64,000 bases of DNA from an uncultured cyanobacterium (GTDB lineage Bacteria; Cyanobacteriota; Cyanobacteriia; Cyanobacteriales; Nostocaceae). The stretch spans positions 1,248,001-1,312,000 of the forward strand of contig CAVUDP010000001.1 in assembly GCA_963740315.1 (NCBI GenBank). Direction: 5' to 3'. Made by a program: the position numbers and the translations under genes. The notes below the pieces were generated by a model that was not told where the DNA came from, searched no databases, and saw only the letters and a list, made by a program, of their open reading frames with translations. Positions 31,727 through 42,400 of the stretch are shown here, in pieces (position 1 is the first letter of the stretch; each line of letters opens with the position of its first letter).

Positions 31727-32869
31727 TTAATAACTTCCATTGTAAGATAATAAAATTTCATCTACCTTTTCTAAGCTCAAATTTTGTTGTTCTGCTAATA
31801 CTTTAATTTTCTGTGTAACTAACCTAATTTGAGTTGAATCTAAATTGAGTCCGAGTTGATTCACCCGATTAGTAACTGCATGAGTTCCTGTTAGTTTATG
31901 GTTGATTAATACGGAGCGGGTTATCCCAAAATCTGTGGGAGAAATTAGTTCATAGGTGTTTGAATTATTCAAGATTGCTTTTGTATGAACTCCAGCTTTA
32001 TGAGTAAAGGCATATTCACCAACTATGTAGTGATTAAAAGGAATTTCGATTCCAAGTTTATTCGCGACAATTTGATGCAAATCTAGAAGATTTTTGAGGT
32101 TGTATTTATCACGTAAAGCGTCAGGATCGAGGGTATATAAACGAGCAATTAATCCAGCTAAAGGAGTAATCCCATTTCGTTCGCCAATTCCTAATACTGT
32201 TGTATCGAGATGGGTAGCACCGGCTTCAAAGGCTGCATAACTATTTGCGATCGCGCACCCGGTATCATTATGAGCGTGAAACTCGATATCTCGATCAAAA
32301 CATTGACGTAAAGTTTTTACTAATTGAGAGACTCGATCGGGTGTTGCAACACCAACGGTATCGGAAATTCCCAAACGATTAACAATACCTAATTCTGCAA
32401 TGGCAAGATAAACTTTCAACAAATCTGAAAACGAACTTCGGAAAGAATCTTCTGTGGAAAAACGTAGTTCTGTTTCCGGGCTTTGTTGATGTATAAAGCT
32501 AATAACTTCACTGGCAAGATCGATTACTTGGTTAATTTCTTTACCATGACCAAATTTACGTAAAAGTGGAGAGGTTGCCATAAATATATTGATACCATTA
32601 ACCCCCGTATCTAAGGCTTTTTTAGCATCATCTAAATTACAGCGAATGTGTGTTAACACTTTTGATTGCAAGCCTAATTGAGCTAAAACCTGACAATCTT
32701 TAAATGACTGAGGGGAAGCACATGGAGATGTTACTTCTATGTATTCTACTCCAAAAGCATCAAGTTCTCTTGCTATTTCAATTTTATCTTCACAAGAAAA
32801 GTTAGCATAGCAAGATTGTTCGCCTTCACGCAAAGTAGAGTCAATAATCGCTAACTTACTAAATAACAT
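31727..32869 (-). CDS. Homocitrate synthase, LYS20/LYS21/Thermus LysS type
   Basis: IIDSTLREGEQ, IEVTSPCASPQS, VLTHIRC, RFSTEDSFRS, HAHNDTGCAIAN, GERNGITPL and FTHKAGVH. Confidence 0.88.
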   Translation of the reverse strand: MLFSKLAIIDSTLREGEQSCYANFSCEDKIEIARELDAFGVEYIEVTSPCASPQSFKDCQVLAQLGLQSKVLTHIRCNLDDAKKALDTGVNGINIFMATSPLLRKFGHGKEINQVIDLASEVISFIHQQSPETELRFSTEDSFRSSFSDLLKVYLAIAELGIVNRLGISDTVGVATPDRVSQLVKTLRQCFDRDIEFHAHNDTGCAIANSYAAFEAGATHLDTTVLGIGERNGITPLAGLIARLYTLDPDALRDKYNLKNLLDLHQIVANKLGIEIPFNHYIVGEYAFTHKAGVHTKAILNNSNTYELISPTDFGITRSVLINHKLTGTHAVTNRVNQLGLNLDSTQIRLVTQKIKVLAEQQNLSLEKVDEILLSYNGSY

Positions 32870-33102
32870 TGACTACATTTCATAACAGCTTGGTTTATTT
32901 TACAGCAGTTTAGTTTCATAGTATTCAGTTTTTTTTGAAAATAAATATTACTTTTATTACTTTTCTTACCTAATTCGATGATTTCACAGAAATTAATATT
33001 GCTGCAAATATTTTTATTTGAAGATGAGCAATTCGAGTAGTAAAATGTACAAGCTGATTTATTATCTCGCTATAAATACTTGTAAAAAGGTTAAATTAAA
33101 TA

Positions 33103-33900
33103 ATGATCGATCGCAATAAAAGTCTGCAAGGTAGAACAACTATAGTGACAGGTTCGGGTCAAAATATTGGTAGAGCGATCGCGTTACTTTTTGCTTCATG
33201 TGGTGCCAATGTTGTTATAAATGGTCATAAAAATCGAGAAGCGATTGAAACAGTTGCTCAACAAGCTCGCGATTTAGGCGCTGGAGCAATTGCGATCGTG
33301 GCTGATGTCAGCGATCCTAATGCAGTGCAAAACATGGTTGATACTGCAACTGAAAAATTTGGCGCGGTTGATATTATTGTTTCTAATGTTTCACTCAGAC
33401 GAAAACAATCTTTCTTGGATATTTCTATTGAGGATTGGCATCAAGTTATAAACACCAATTTAAATTCAGCATTTTATCTTGCCAAAGCAGCAGTAGCGGG
33501 TATGAAAGCCAGAGGATGGGGGAGAATTATTCATATTTCTGGCTTTGACGGCACAATTGGAGCATCCCACCGCGCTCATAACGTTACTTGTAAAGGGGGT
33601 TTGGATGCTTTGGTAAAGGCGATCGCTACGGAATTAGGACCATACGGAATCACGGCAAATGCAATTAGTCCCGGCACAATTGATACTAATCGTATTGCTG
33701 AAAATTATCCCAACTTAGAGGCTAAATACGAACTTCTCAAAAAGCTCATACCCGTAGGTCATTTGGGTACTTGTGAAGATATAGCAGAAGCTTGTTTGTA
33801 TCTCGCTTCAGATTATAGCGGTTTTGTTAACGGTCAAGTAATTCAAGTTAATGGTGGCGCATTGATGATTTCTTCTCATTTAGAACCGATTCTTGAATAA
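33103..33900 (+). CDS. Short-chain dehydrogenase/reductase (FabG-like, atypical active site)
   Basis: TGSGQNIG, ANAISPG and VNGG are present; the YxxxK position reads NVTCK. Confidence 0.85.
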   Translation: MIDRNKSLQGRTTIVTGSGQNIGRAIALLFASCGANVVINGHKNREAIETVAQQARDLGAGAIAIVADVSDPNAVQNMVDTATEKFGAVDIIVSNVSLRRKQSFLDISIEDWHQVINTNLNSAFYLAKAAVAGMKARGWGRIIHISGFDGTIGASHRAHNVTCKGGLDALVKAIATELGPYGITANAISPGTIDTNRIAENYPNLEAKYELLKKLIPVGHLGTCEDIAEACLYLASDYSGFVNGQVIQVNGGALMISSHLEPILE

Positions 33901-33937
33901 ATGGAAAAATAGGTAGATGGAAATAATTAGTAACAAA

Positions 33938-34091
33938 GGTTCGTAGTAAGGGCTTCAGCCCCTCCGGATTTAGGGAACCAATGCCCTTTCCTTGACTCTG
34001 GCAAGGAATACGGTGCTTGGAGGCAGAGCCTCCCTTAAAAAGACTGGAGGCAGAGCCTCATGCAATGTATTCCCAGTCAGAGACTGGGAAC
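33938..34091. repeat. Cluster of REP-like hairpins
   Basis: CGTAGTAAGGGCTTCAGCCC (related copies at about 17569, 37841 reversed and 47364), GGAGGCAGAGCCTC twice, and TTCCCAGTCAGAGACTGGGAA. Confidence 0.65.
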
Positions 34092-34292
34092 AAGTAACAA
34101 AGCATCCGTTGTTAAAATCCAAAATCCTCTTGGGGTAGATATAATATCACGCGATAGATAGATACATTTGCCTACCGAATTTCCATATATAAAACTATAT
34201 GCGAATAATTACTATCGGGGGAAGCGACTATCATTACTCAATCATCAGATGTTGCGATCGATAAACGCCAAGATTTTGTTGTTGCTCAAGCT

Positions 34293-35426
34293 TTGGAAAA
34301 TGCGTTAGAAATTGCTGATTTTTGTCAATCAAATGCTGCAAGTATTGATACAAATGGCGCTTTTGCTAAACGCGAATTTGAGTTAATTGCTCAAGCCGGA
34401 CTATTGACTGCACCGTTACAAGCTTCGTTTGGGGGATGGGGTGCGGGATTTAATAGTAATGTGATGTACGAAACATTAATGTTACTTAAACATATCGGAC
34501 GCGGTAATTTGGCGGTTGGTAGGGTTTATGAAGGACACGTTAATGCTTTGCAGTTAATCCAGACTTTGGGCACCAAGGAACAGATTGAAGCGTATGCTCG
34601 TGATGCTCGTAATGGTAAAATTTTTGGAGTGTGGAATGCGGAAGCTAACGACGGTGTAAAGGTTATTCCCGTAGATAATTGCCGATATCTTCTTGAAGGT
34701 GCAAAAACTTTTTGTTCTGGTGCGGGTTATGTGGAACGTCCTTTTGTGAATGGGGTGTTACCCGACGGTGGTTGGCAAATGTGTATAGTTCCTATGGAGA
34801 AAGTTGCTACGGTAAGCGATGAAAGTTGGTGGCAACCTCCGGGAATGAAGGCTACAGCGAGTTTTAAAATAGATTTTACCGGGGTGGAATTATCCCAAAA
34901 TGAGTTAATTGCTCAAGCGGGGGATTATTACCGTCAGCCTTGGTTAACCGCTGGGGTGATTCGGTTTGCTGCGGTACAGTTGGGAGGTGCAGAAGCTATA
35001 TTTGATGCGACTCGCGAGTTTTTGCGGCTTTTGCAACGTACTGAAGATGCTTATCAAAAACAACGCTTGGGTAAAATGGCGATCGCAATTGAAAGCGGTA
35101 ATCTGTGGTTAAAGGGTGCGGCTGATAAAATCGCTGCTTATGCTCCAGTTTTTGGAGATTACGCAACAGTAACAAATCCCAAGGCAGACCAGTTGGTTGC
35201 TTATACTAACATGGTGCGAACGGCTATAGAACAAATTTGCATCGATATCATGCAGCTTTGCGAGCGTTGTGTGGGAACTCGCGGATTGCTACCACCTCAC
35301 CCGATGGAACGTTTAATAAGAGACTTAACTTTATACTTGCGTCAACCTGCTTTTGATATTGCGATCGCCAATCCTGGAGAATACGCTGCAAATGAAACCT
35401 TATCTGTACATTCACTTTGGGCATGA
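34293..35426 (+). CDS. Acyl-CoA dehydrogenase-like flavoprotein
   Basis: VGRVYEGHVNA, GAKTFCSGA, GMKATAS and RDLTLYLRQP. Start codon uncertain (TTG). Confidence 0.88.
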   Translation: MENALEIADFCQSNAASIDTNGAFAKREFELIAQAGLLTAPLQASFGGWGAGFNSNVMYETLMLLKHIGRGNLAVGRVYEGHVNALQLIQTLGTKEQIEAYARDARNGKIFGVWNAEANDGVKVIPVDNCRYLLEGAKTFCSGAGYVERPFVNGVLPDGGWQMCIVPMEKVATVSDESWWQPPGMKATASFKIDFTGVELSQNELIAQAGDYYRQPWLTAGVIRFAAVQLGGAEAIFDATREFLRLLQRTEDAYQKQRLGKMAIAIESGNLWLKGAADKIAAYAPVFGDYATVTNPKADQLVAYTNMVRTAIEQICIDIMQLCERCVGTRGLLPPHPMERLIRDLTLYLRQPAFDIAIANPGEYAANETLSVHSLWA

Positions 35427-36157
35427 AACAGTTAATTAATCCCGATATTTTACCCCTGCGGACGATTGACAATATTGCTCAAAGTCCTATTCTTGTGGTT
35501 GCACCGCATCCCGATGATGAGACGTTGGGCTGTGGAGGTGCGATCGCTTTATTACGTCTCAACTGCGATGTCCGCGTATTGGTGATGAGTGACGGTACGC
35601 TTTCACACCCCCGTTCTAAGAAATATCCCGCACCTAAATTAAAGGCTTTACGTGAAAGTGAAACGATTGAGGCTTTATCTATATTAGGAATAGAAAGTAA
35701 AAATGTAGATTTTCTCGGTTTACTCGATGGCTCAATTTCCACATATTATTCTCAAAAAAGAAGAAACGCCATTGTTGCTTGTTGTGAAAAGTTAATAGAA
35801 ATTAATCCCCAAACTATATTTTTACCTTGGCGTTACGATCCGCATCCAGATCATCGTGGGACTTGGAGTTTAATTAATACAGCTTTATCATGTATATCTT
35901 TAAAGCCGCGAATCATCGAATATCCGATTTGGGATTGGGACCCCGAACAACGTAGAAGTATACCCGAATCGGAACAAATAGACTGTTGGCGGTTAGATAT
36001 TAATCAAGTTGTGGAATTGAAGACACTTGCAATTCAAGCCTATCGTTCTCAAACCACCGACTTAATCGACGACGATCCCGAAGGTTTTCGTCTTTCTCCC
36101 CAAATGCTGGCTAATTTTGCTCGCCCTTGGGAAGTTTATTTATCAGTGAGCAGTTAG
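35423..36157 (+). CDS. PIG-L/LmbE family deacetylase
   Basis: APHPDDETLGCG, RESE, DPHPDH and AYRSQ; ATG 35423 overlaps the upstream TGA (ATGA). Confidence 0.92.
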   Translation: MKQLINPDILPLRTIDNIAQSPILVVAPHPDDETLGCGGAIALLRLNCDVRVLVMSDGTLSHPRSKKYPAPKLKALRESETIEALSILGIESKNVDFLGLLDGSISTYYSQKRRNAIVACCEKLIEINPQTIFLPWRYDPHPDHRGTWSLINTALSCISLKPRIIEYPIWDWDPEQRRSIPESEQIDCWRLDINQVVELKTLAIQAYRSQTTDLIDDDPEGFRLSPQMLANFARPWEVYLSVSS

Positions 36158-36451
36158 CAGTTAGCAGTTAGCAGTTAGCAGTGAGCAGTTAGCAGTTAGC
36201 AGTGAGCAGTGAGCAGTGAGCAGTGAGCAGTTAGCAGTGAGCAGTTAGCAGTTAGCAGTTAGCAGTTAGCAGTGAGCAGTGAGCAGTTAGCAGTGAGCAG
36301 TTAGCAGTGAGCAGTTAGCAGTTAGCAGTTAGCAGTTAGCAGTGAGCAGTGAGCAGTTAGCAGTGAGCAGTTAGCAGTGAGCAGTGAGCAGTGAGCAGTG
36401 AGCAGTGAGCAGTGAGCAGTTAGCAGTGAGCAGTTAGCAGTGAGCAGTTAG
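36144..36451. repeat. Heptamer array CAGT(T/G)AG, 44 copies
   Basis: 308 bp of in-phase units counted by hand; followed by a CCCCATCT array at 36461-36556. Confidence 0.97.
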
Positions 36452-36560
36452 GAGTTAATATCCCCTTGTCTCCCCATCTCCCCCTCTCCCCATCTCCCCA
36501 TCTCCCCATCTCCCCATCCCCCCATCTCCCCATCCCCCCATCTCCTCTCCCCCATCTTCC

Positions 36561-37832
36561 ATGAAACTAGCAATTTTCGACATCGATGGTACGCTTACGC
36601 AAACGAACGATATAGATACTCAATGCTATGTAAAAGCGTTTGCAGAGGAATTTGATATTACAGGAATTAATACTAATTGGAGTGATTACGGACACACTAC
36701 TGATTCAGCAATATCTATACAGATTTTTCAAGATTTTAATGGACGCGCTCCCAAGCAAGAGGAGTTATCAAGATTAAAACATCGCTTTGTAGAACTACTA
36801 AAATCGCATTACGCAACCGATAATCAAATGTTTTCCGAAACACCTGGAACGTCAGCAATGCTGCGTAAACTTGCGGATGAAGATTGGGCGATCGCCTTTG
36901 CTACGGGTGGATGGTTGGATTCTGCTTCTATAAAACTCGAAGCGATCGGATTAGATGTTAATGTACCGATGGCTAGCGCTGATGATAGTATTTCACGGGA
37001 AGAAATCGTGAAGACGGCAATATCCAGAGCTAAGCAAAAGTATGCTGTTGCCGATTTTGACAAAATAGTTTGCATCGGGGATGGGATTTGGGATGTTCTC
37101 ACGGCGGTACAGTTGCAATTACCTTTTGTCGGGGTTACTAGCAATCAACAGGTGCTACAAGATGCTGGAGTAAAACAAATTATTACAGACTTTACCGATT
37201 TTGATGAATTTATAGAAGCTTTAAACAATGCCAGCATTCCCCAGCAGCAATACATCCAAAAATCTTCTTTACCAGCAAGTTATTTTGAAGCTCTTTATAC
37301 TACCGATCGCGATCCGTGGAAGTTTGAAACCAGCGAATACGAAATAAAAAAGTATCAAGCAACCTTAGCAGCTTTACCAAAACAGTATAATAACGCTTTT
37401 GAAATTGGCGGTTCTATCGGTGTTTTAACTGAGCAATTAGCAGATAAATGTAAATCCTTACTTTCAGTTGATGCATCTAAAATCGCTCAAGAGCAAGCAA
37501 TTGAACGTTGTAAGCATCTGACTCAAGTACGGTTTGAGGTGATGTGCTTACCGCAGCAATTTCCCGAAGAAATGTTTGATTTAATCTTAGTTTCTGAAGT
37601 TGGTTATTACTTGTCTTGGGAAGATTTGCTTACAGCACGAAAAATGATTTTAGAACATTTACAACCGGGGGGACATTTATTATTAGTGCATTGGACTCTT
37701 TATGCTCAAGATTATCCTTTAAACGGCGAGCAAGTACACGATGCTTTTATGGAATTTACCCCCGATAAACTGCGACATTTAAAAGGACAAAGAGAAGAAC
37801 AATATCGCCTGGATTTATTTGAGCGGGTGTAA
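36561..37832 (+). CDS. Fusion of a HAD-family phosphatase and a NodS-like SAM-dependent methyltransferase
   Basis: N-terminal FDIDGTL and GDGIWD (HAD motifs I and IV); C-terminal YFEALY..DPWKFETSEYE, EIGGSIG and SEVGYY (NodS-like). Confidence 0.85.
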   Translation: MKLAIFDIDGTLTQTNDIDTQCYVKAFAEEFDITGINTNWSDYGHTTDSAISIQIFQDFNGRAPKQEELSRLKHRFVELLKSHYATDNQMFSETPGTSAMLRKLADEDWAIAFATGGWLDSASIKLEAIGLDVNVPMASADDSISREEIVKTAISRAKQKYAVADFDKIVCIGDGIWDVLTAVQLQLPFVGVTSNQQVLQDAGVKQIITDFTDFDEFIEALNNASIPQQQYIQKSSLPASYFEALYTTDRDPWKFETSEYEIKKYQATLAALPKQYNNAFEIGGSIGVLTEQLADKCKSLLSVDASKIAQEQAIERCKHLTQVRFEVMCLPQQFPEEMFDLILVSEVGYYLSWEDLLTARKMILEHLQPGGHLLLVHWTLYAQDYPLNGEQVHDAFMEFTPDKLRHLKGQREEQYRLDLFERV

Positions 37833-37858
37833 GCTTGGATTTAGGACTAAAGTCCTTA

Positions 37859-39061
37859 CTACGAGCCTTTATTAACCCGCAAATCTTCTAGAAACTTCCG
37901 CAACTGTGGAATCGCTTCCCGAATATCCACCTCACCCCAACGAGCAAACCAGATTCCTTGTTGTAAAGAACGCTGTTCGATACGTTCAAACAGGGAATTG
38001 AAGGATTGAGGCTGATGCAATTGTTGGGTGAGCCATTGAGTATCTATTCCAAAAGTGTCTGCTAATTCTTCTGTATTTGGAGTAGATCGATCGCCCTTGA
38101 GAATACACCACCAAAGTACCCACAGTTGATGACGCGCTCGAAAACGAGTTGCGATCGCTTCACCTGGTTCAACCATAAAAGCCTGACTTCCCGTTTTTGT
38201 CCATTGCTTCAACTGGTTAGCTAAACCCACTTCACTACGTCCGGTAACTCTAGCTGAAGTTACAACTTTTACTAACGGACTGTGGCGAAATCGGGCATTT
38301 ACACGCAGTAAAGCACGGTAAAAAGCTTCATCTTCGGGAGTTCTGACGGCGGGTAAACCTCCAGCCAAAGCATACATTTCTACAGTTACCGCCAAACTAG
38401 CGCCGTAATGTTGAAAATGTCGGGGAAACGGATCGTAAAAATTTGGATTGAGGTAACTTTCTAACTCTGCAATTAAATAACGGTAGCCTACTTCTCGCAA
38501 ATAGCAAGCTCTAACATGGGGATTTAATCTACTGCGTTGATTGCTATCAATAGTAATTCTTCCACCTACAGCATCTACCCCGCGATTGATTTCATACAAA
38601 TTAGCGGCTATCCAATTAGAACTAACTTGCGAATCACCATCAGTAGAAGCAATTATCCCGCGTCTGCGTCCCAAACCGTGCAAACGATGGTATGCTTCAT
38701 CCATCAACATTTTGCGGACTCTGCCAATGTAAGCCCGATCTGGGGGTAGAGTTACTTCAACAACGTGCAGCGCTAAATCTGGATTTTGGGCTGCGAAATT
38801 GTTTGCGATCGCCGCAGAATTATCGCTACAGTTATTTGCTAAAACAATGATTTCGTAACGTTTCGGGTGAAAACGTTTTCCATGCAAATCTATTTGCTCA
38901 GCTAAAGCCTTAAGAGTGCTGTGAAGGGTTTCGGCTTCATTCCGAACGGGAACGATCGCACATATTTCGCATTCTCTTAACGGTGGTATTTTTACTAAAG
39001 GTTGAGTAGATAGGAGTTGGAATGTAGCTTGTCTTTTTACTACTTGCAAAAGCCTATCCAT
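37859..39061 (-). CDS. Glycosyltransferase family 2
   Basis: IVPVRNE, ANNCSD, STDGD, QHYGASLA and EDEAF. Confidence 0.88.
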   Translation of the reverse strand: MDRLLQVVKRQATFQLLSTQPLVKIPPLRECEICAIVPVRNEAETLHSTLKALAEQIDLHGKRFHPKRYEIIVLANNCSDNSAAIANNFAAQNPDLALHVVEVTLPPDRAYIGRVRKMLMDEAYHRLHGLGRRRGIIASTDGDSQVSSNWIAANLYEINRGVDAVGGRITIDSNQRSRLNPHVRACYLREVGYRYLIAELESYLNPNFYDPFPRHFQHYGASLAVTVEMYALAGGLPAVRTPEDEAFYRALLRVNARFRHSPLVKVVTSARVTGRSEVGLANQLKQWTKTGSQAFMVEPGEAIATRFRARHQLWVLWWCILKGDRSTPNTEELADTFGIDTQWLTQQLHQPQSFNSLFERIEQRSLQQGIWFARWGEVDIREAIPQLRKFLEDLRVNKGS

Positions 39062-39408
39062 AGAAAACTTCTCTTGATTCTTTAAAAATCAAATAATTGC
39101 TGTTCATTTATAATTCAAGTTTTTAGAATTGTTTAATACAGTTTAAGTTTCATTTGTTTTTAGTTATTTTTACTCCGCCCAAAGTAATATTATTCCTATT
39201 TTTATTAACAAATAATCTCATCAAATTAATACTTGATGAATTTACCGATTTATAATTAATATTCCTCAAGGTATATATCTTTGGATTATTTAATTAAAAT
39301 TTTGTGGGATGGACTAAATTTTGAATAATAAATGGTTTTATACTGCCTAAATATTGATAAAGACGTTGCAGTGCAACGTCTCTACAAATATGTCGGTTTT
39401 AGAACAAA

Positions 39409-42400
39409 TTATTTTCTAGAAATCGGAATCTCTACTACAAATTCCGCACCTTCACCAGATATTGAATTAAAATACAGTTTACCATCATGTTTTTCAGTAA
39501 CAATTTGATAGCTAATTGAAAGTCCTAAACCCGTACCTTTACCTACTGGTTTCGTAGTAAAAAATGGGTTGAATATTTGGTCTTGAATCTCGGAAGGTAT
39601 ACCAGGACCGTTATCCGCAATAGAAATTGTTACCCAATCTTCATCGATAACTGAAGTTGATATGTGAATGTTACTGGGGTTTGTTTTTATATCTTCAGGT
39701 GTACGCTGTTTGTTATGTTCTTCTAAAGCATCGATCGCATTTGATAACAAATTCATAAACACTTGATTTAGTGGTCCCGGATAACAATTTACGAGTGGTA
39801 ATGCTTCGTAATCCTTAACAATCTTTATCTGTACGGTATTCGCTTCAGGTTTGAGTCGATTTTGTAAAATCATCAAAGTACTTTCAATACCATCATGAAT
39901 ATCAACTTCCTTGACTTTCGCTTCATCCAGACGCGAAAAGTTACGTAAAGATAAAACGATGTCGCGGATTCTATCGGTTCCTACCTGCATTGATTTAAAT
40001 AAGCTCGGAATATCTTCAAACAAAAATTCTATTTCTGTTTCTTGCAAATATTCTTGAATTTCCACAACTGGTTGTGGATAATGTTGCTGATACAATTTCA
40101 AACATTTCATCAATTCTTGAGTATATTCGTCGGCGTGTTGTAAATTGCCGTGAATAAACCCGACTGGATTGTTTATTTCATGAGCAATACCTGCGACTAA
40201 TTGACCTAAAGAAGCCATTTTCTCGGATTGGATCATTTGAATCTGAGCGAGTTGTAAGTCTTTTAAAGTTTGAGTTAACTGTTCTGCTTGTTCGCGGGTT
40301 TTTCCTAATAAGTTAGCTTGCTTCAAAGCCACGCTCAACTGTGCTGCTACTTGGGTAACAAACTGAATTTCCTCATCTTTCCAATTGCGATAAGAACCAC
40401 ATTGGTGAATGCACAAAAGCCCCCATAGGCGTTTACCTTCCATCAAAGGAATAAGAATGTATGCTTTGATTTCAAATTTCTCTAATATATCAACATAACA
40501 ATCTTGATAACCTGCTTTGTAAATATTAGAGACTGCTAAAACTTTTCCTTGAGTGTATTGAGGTACATAACGTTCGCCAAAACAATAGTCTTCAAACAAT
40601 AAACCATTTGCTGGCTCAAAGTCGGCTAATACATCTTCAGCAATAAATTCACCACTAATATAGTTACTGTTTTCATGAAAGCGGAATACTGCTACTCGAT
40701 CCGCTCGAAGACTGCGCCTGATTTCTTGAGCTGTTGTTTTAAAAATAGTTTCTAAGTCGAGGGATTCGCGAATCTTAGCAACTACATCAAATAGAATCTC
40801 TCGCTGTTGCGCCGATTGACGTTGTTCGTCAGCACGACTTTGAGTTTGAGAAAGTAATTCTGCACTTTGAATTGCTACCCCCAACTGATTGGCAACTTGG
40901 GCTAAAAATTCAACTTCTAAACTTTCCCATTCACGAGTTGCTGTATGTTGATAAGCTCCTAATAGTCCCCATAAATTACGTCCGACAAAAATCGGAGTTA
41001 AAGCATAAGCACGGATTTTAAATTGTTCTAAAATATCTAAATGACATTTTACGTGTCCGGCTTGATAAATATCGTTAACTGCAAAACTTTCATTATTGCG
41101 ATATCTACCGCCTTTTGTTTCTTGTAAATGAGTATCTTCCCAATATAAATTTTTTCCAAAAGGGTTAACATTAGTCCAATTAACTTCAGGAATCCCAAAA
41201 TTGCTGACAAATTCACCACTCCAATCTTCATTAAACCGATAAACCCCAACTCTTTCCACTTGCAACAGTTTGCAAACTTCTTGAGATGTAGTTTCCAGAA
41301 TCAAATCCGTGTTAGAAAAAGACCGAATTTTTGTGACTACATCAGTTAGAGTTCGTTGCCGTGCGTTCGATTTTTCTAATTCAATTGCCTGTTGTTTCGA
41401 CTGTTGTAAAAATTCCGATTGCTGAATCGCAACCCCAAGCTGCCCACCCACCAAAGACAAAAATTCTACTTCGTAATCCAGCCATTGACGCGGTGAAGAA
41501 TGTTGATAAGCTCCCAATAAACCCCATAGTTTCGGACCAATAAAAATTGGTGCTAAAACATAAGCTCGAATTTTAAATTGTTCTAAAATATCTATATGAC
41601 AGCGTGAATGCCCCGCTTTATAAATATCGGCGATCGCAAAACTTTCATTATTACGATAACGCCCGCCTTTTGTTTCCTGTAAATGAGTATCTTGCCAAAC
41701 TAAATTTTTACCAAAAGGATTAGTTGTTTCCCACTGGGATTCCACCGTACCAAAATGACTGATAAATTCGCCACCCCAATCTTCATCAAAGCGATAAATT
41801 GCTGCCCTTTCCAACTTCAACAGCTTGCAAAGTTCTTTACAGGTGGTATCGAAGATAAATTTAGTATCCAAGGATGAGCGAATATTCCCCACTACTTCCA
41901 TCAAAGCCCGCTGTCGTGCAACTGCATTTTGTAACTTTGCAGTCTGCCGCTCTGCTTGTGCGGAAGTTTTCGCTTGCTGCATTGCTATTCCCAGATAGCT
42001 GCCAGCTTGATGCAAAAATTCTACTTCATCATCTAACCAGTGACGCGCTTCGGAATGTTGATAAGCAGCAAGTAACCCCCATAATTTGGAACCTGCAAAA
42101 ATAGGTGCAATCGCATAAGCGCGAATCTGAAATTGTTCGAGTACTTCAATATAGCAGCGAGGATAATCAGCAGCATAAATATCGCTAACAGAATAAGACT
42201 CATTTTTTATATATTTTCCACCTTGGTTTCTTTGTAAATGGGTATCTTCCCAAACCAAGTTTTTTCCAAAAGCGCGAATATCATGCCAAGGAGTGCGTGC
42301 AAATCCGAAATTATTGACAAAACTTCCACTCCAGTCTTCGTTAAATTTATAAAGTGCAACTCTTTCGACATCCAAAAGCCAACAAATATCTTGAGAGGTA

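Noticed and set aside
31727..32869. Calling this gene nifV or leuA
   Set aside because: Motifs match the LYS21/LysS type; there is no nif context and no LeuA regulatory domain.
36144..36451. Possible CRISPR array
   Set aside because: 7-bp tandem units with no unique spacers, and no cas genes in the window.
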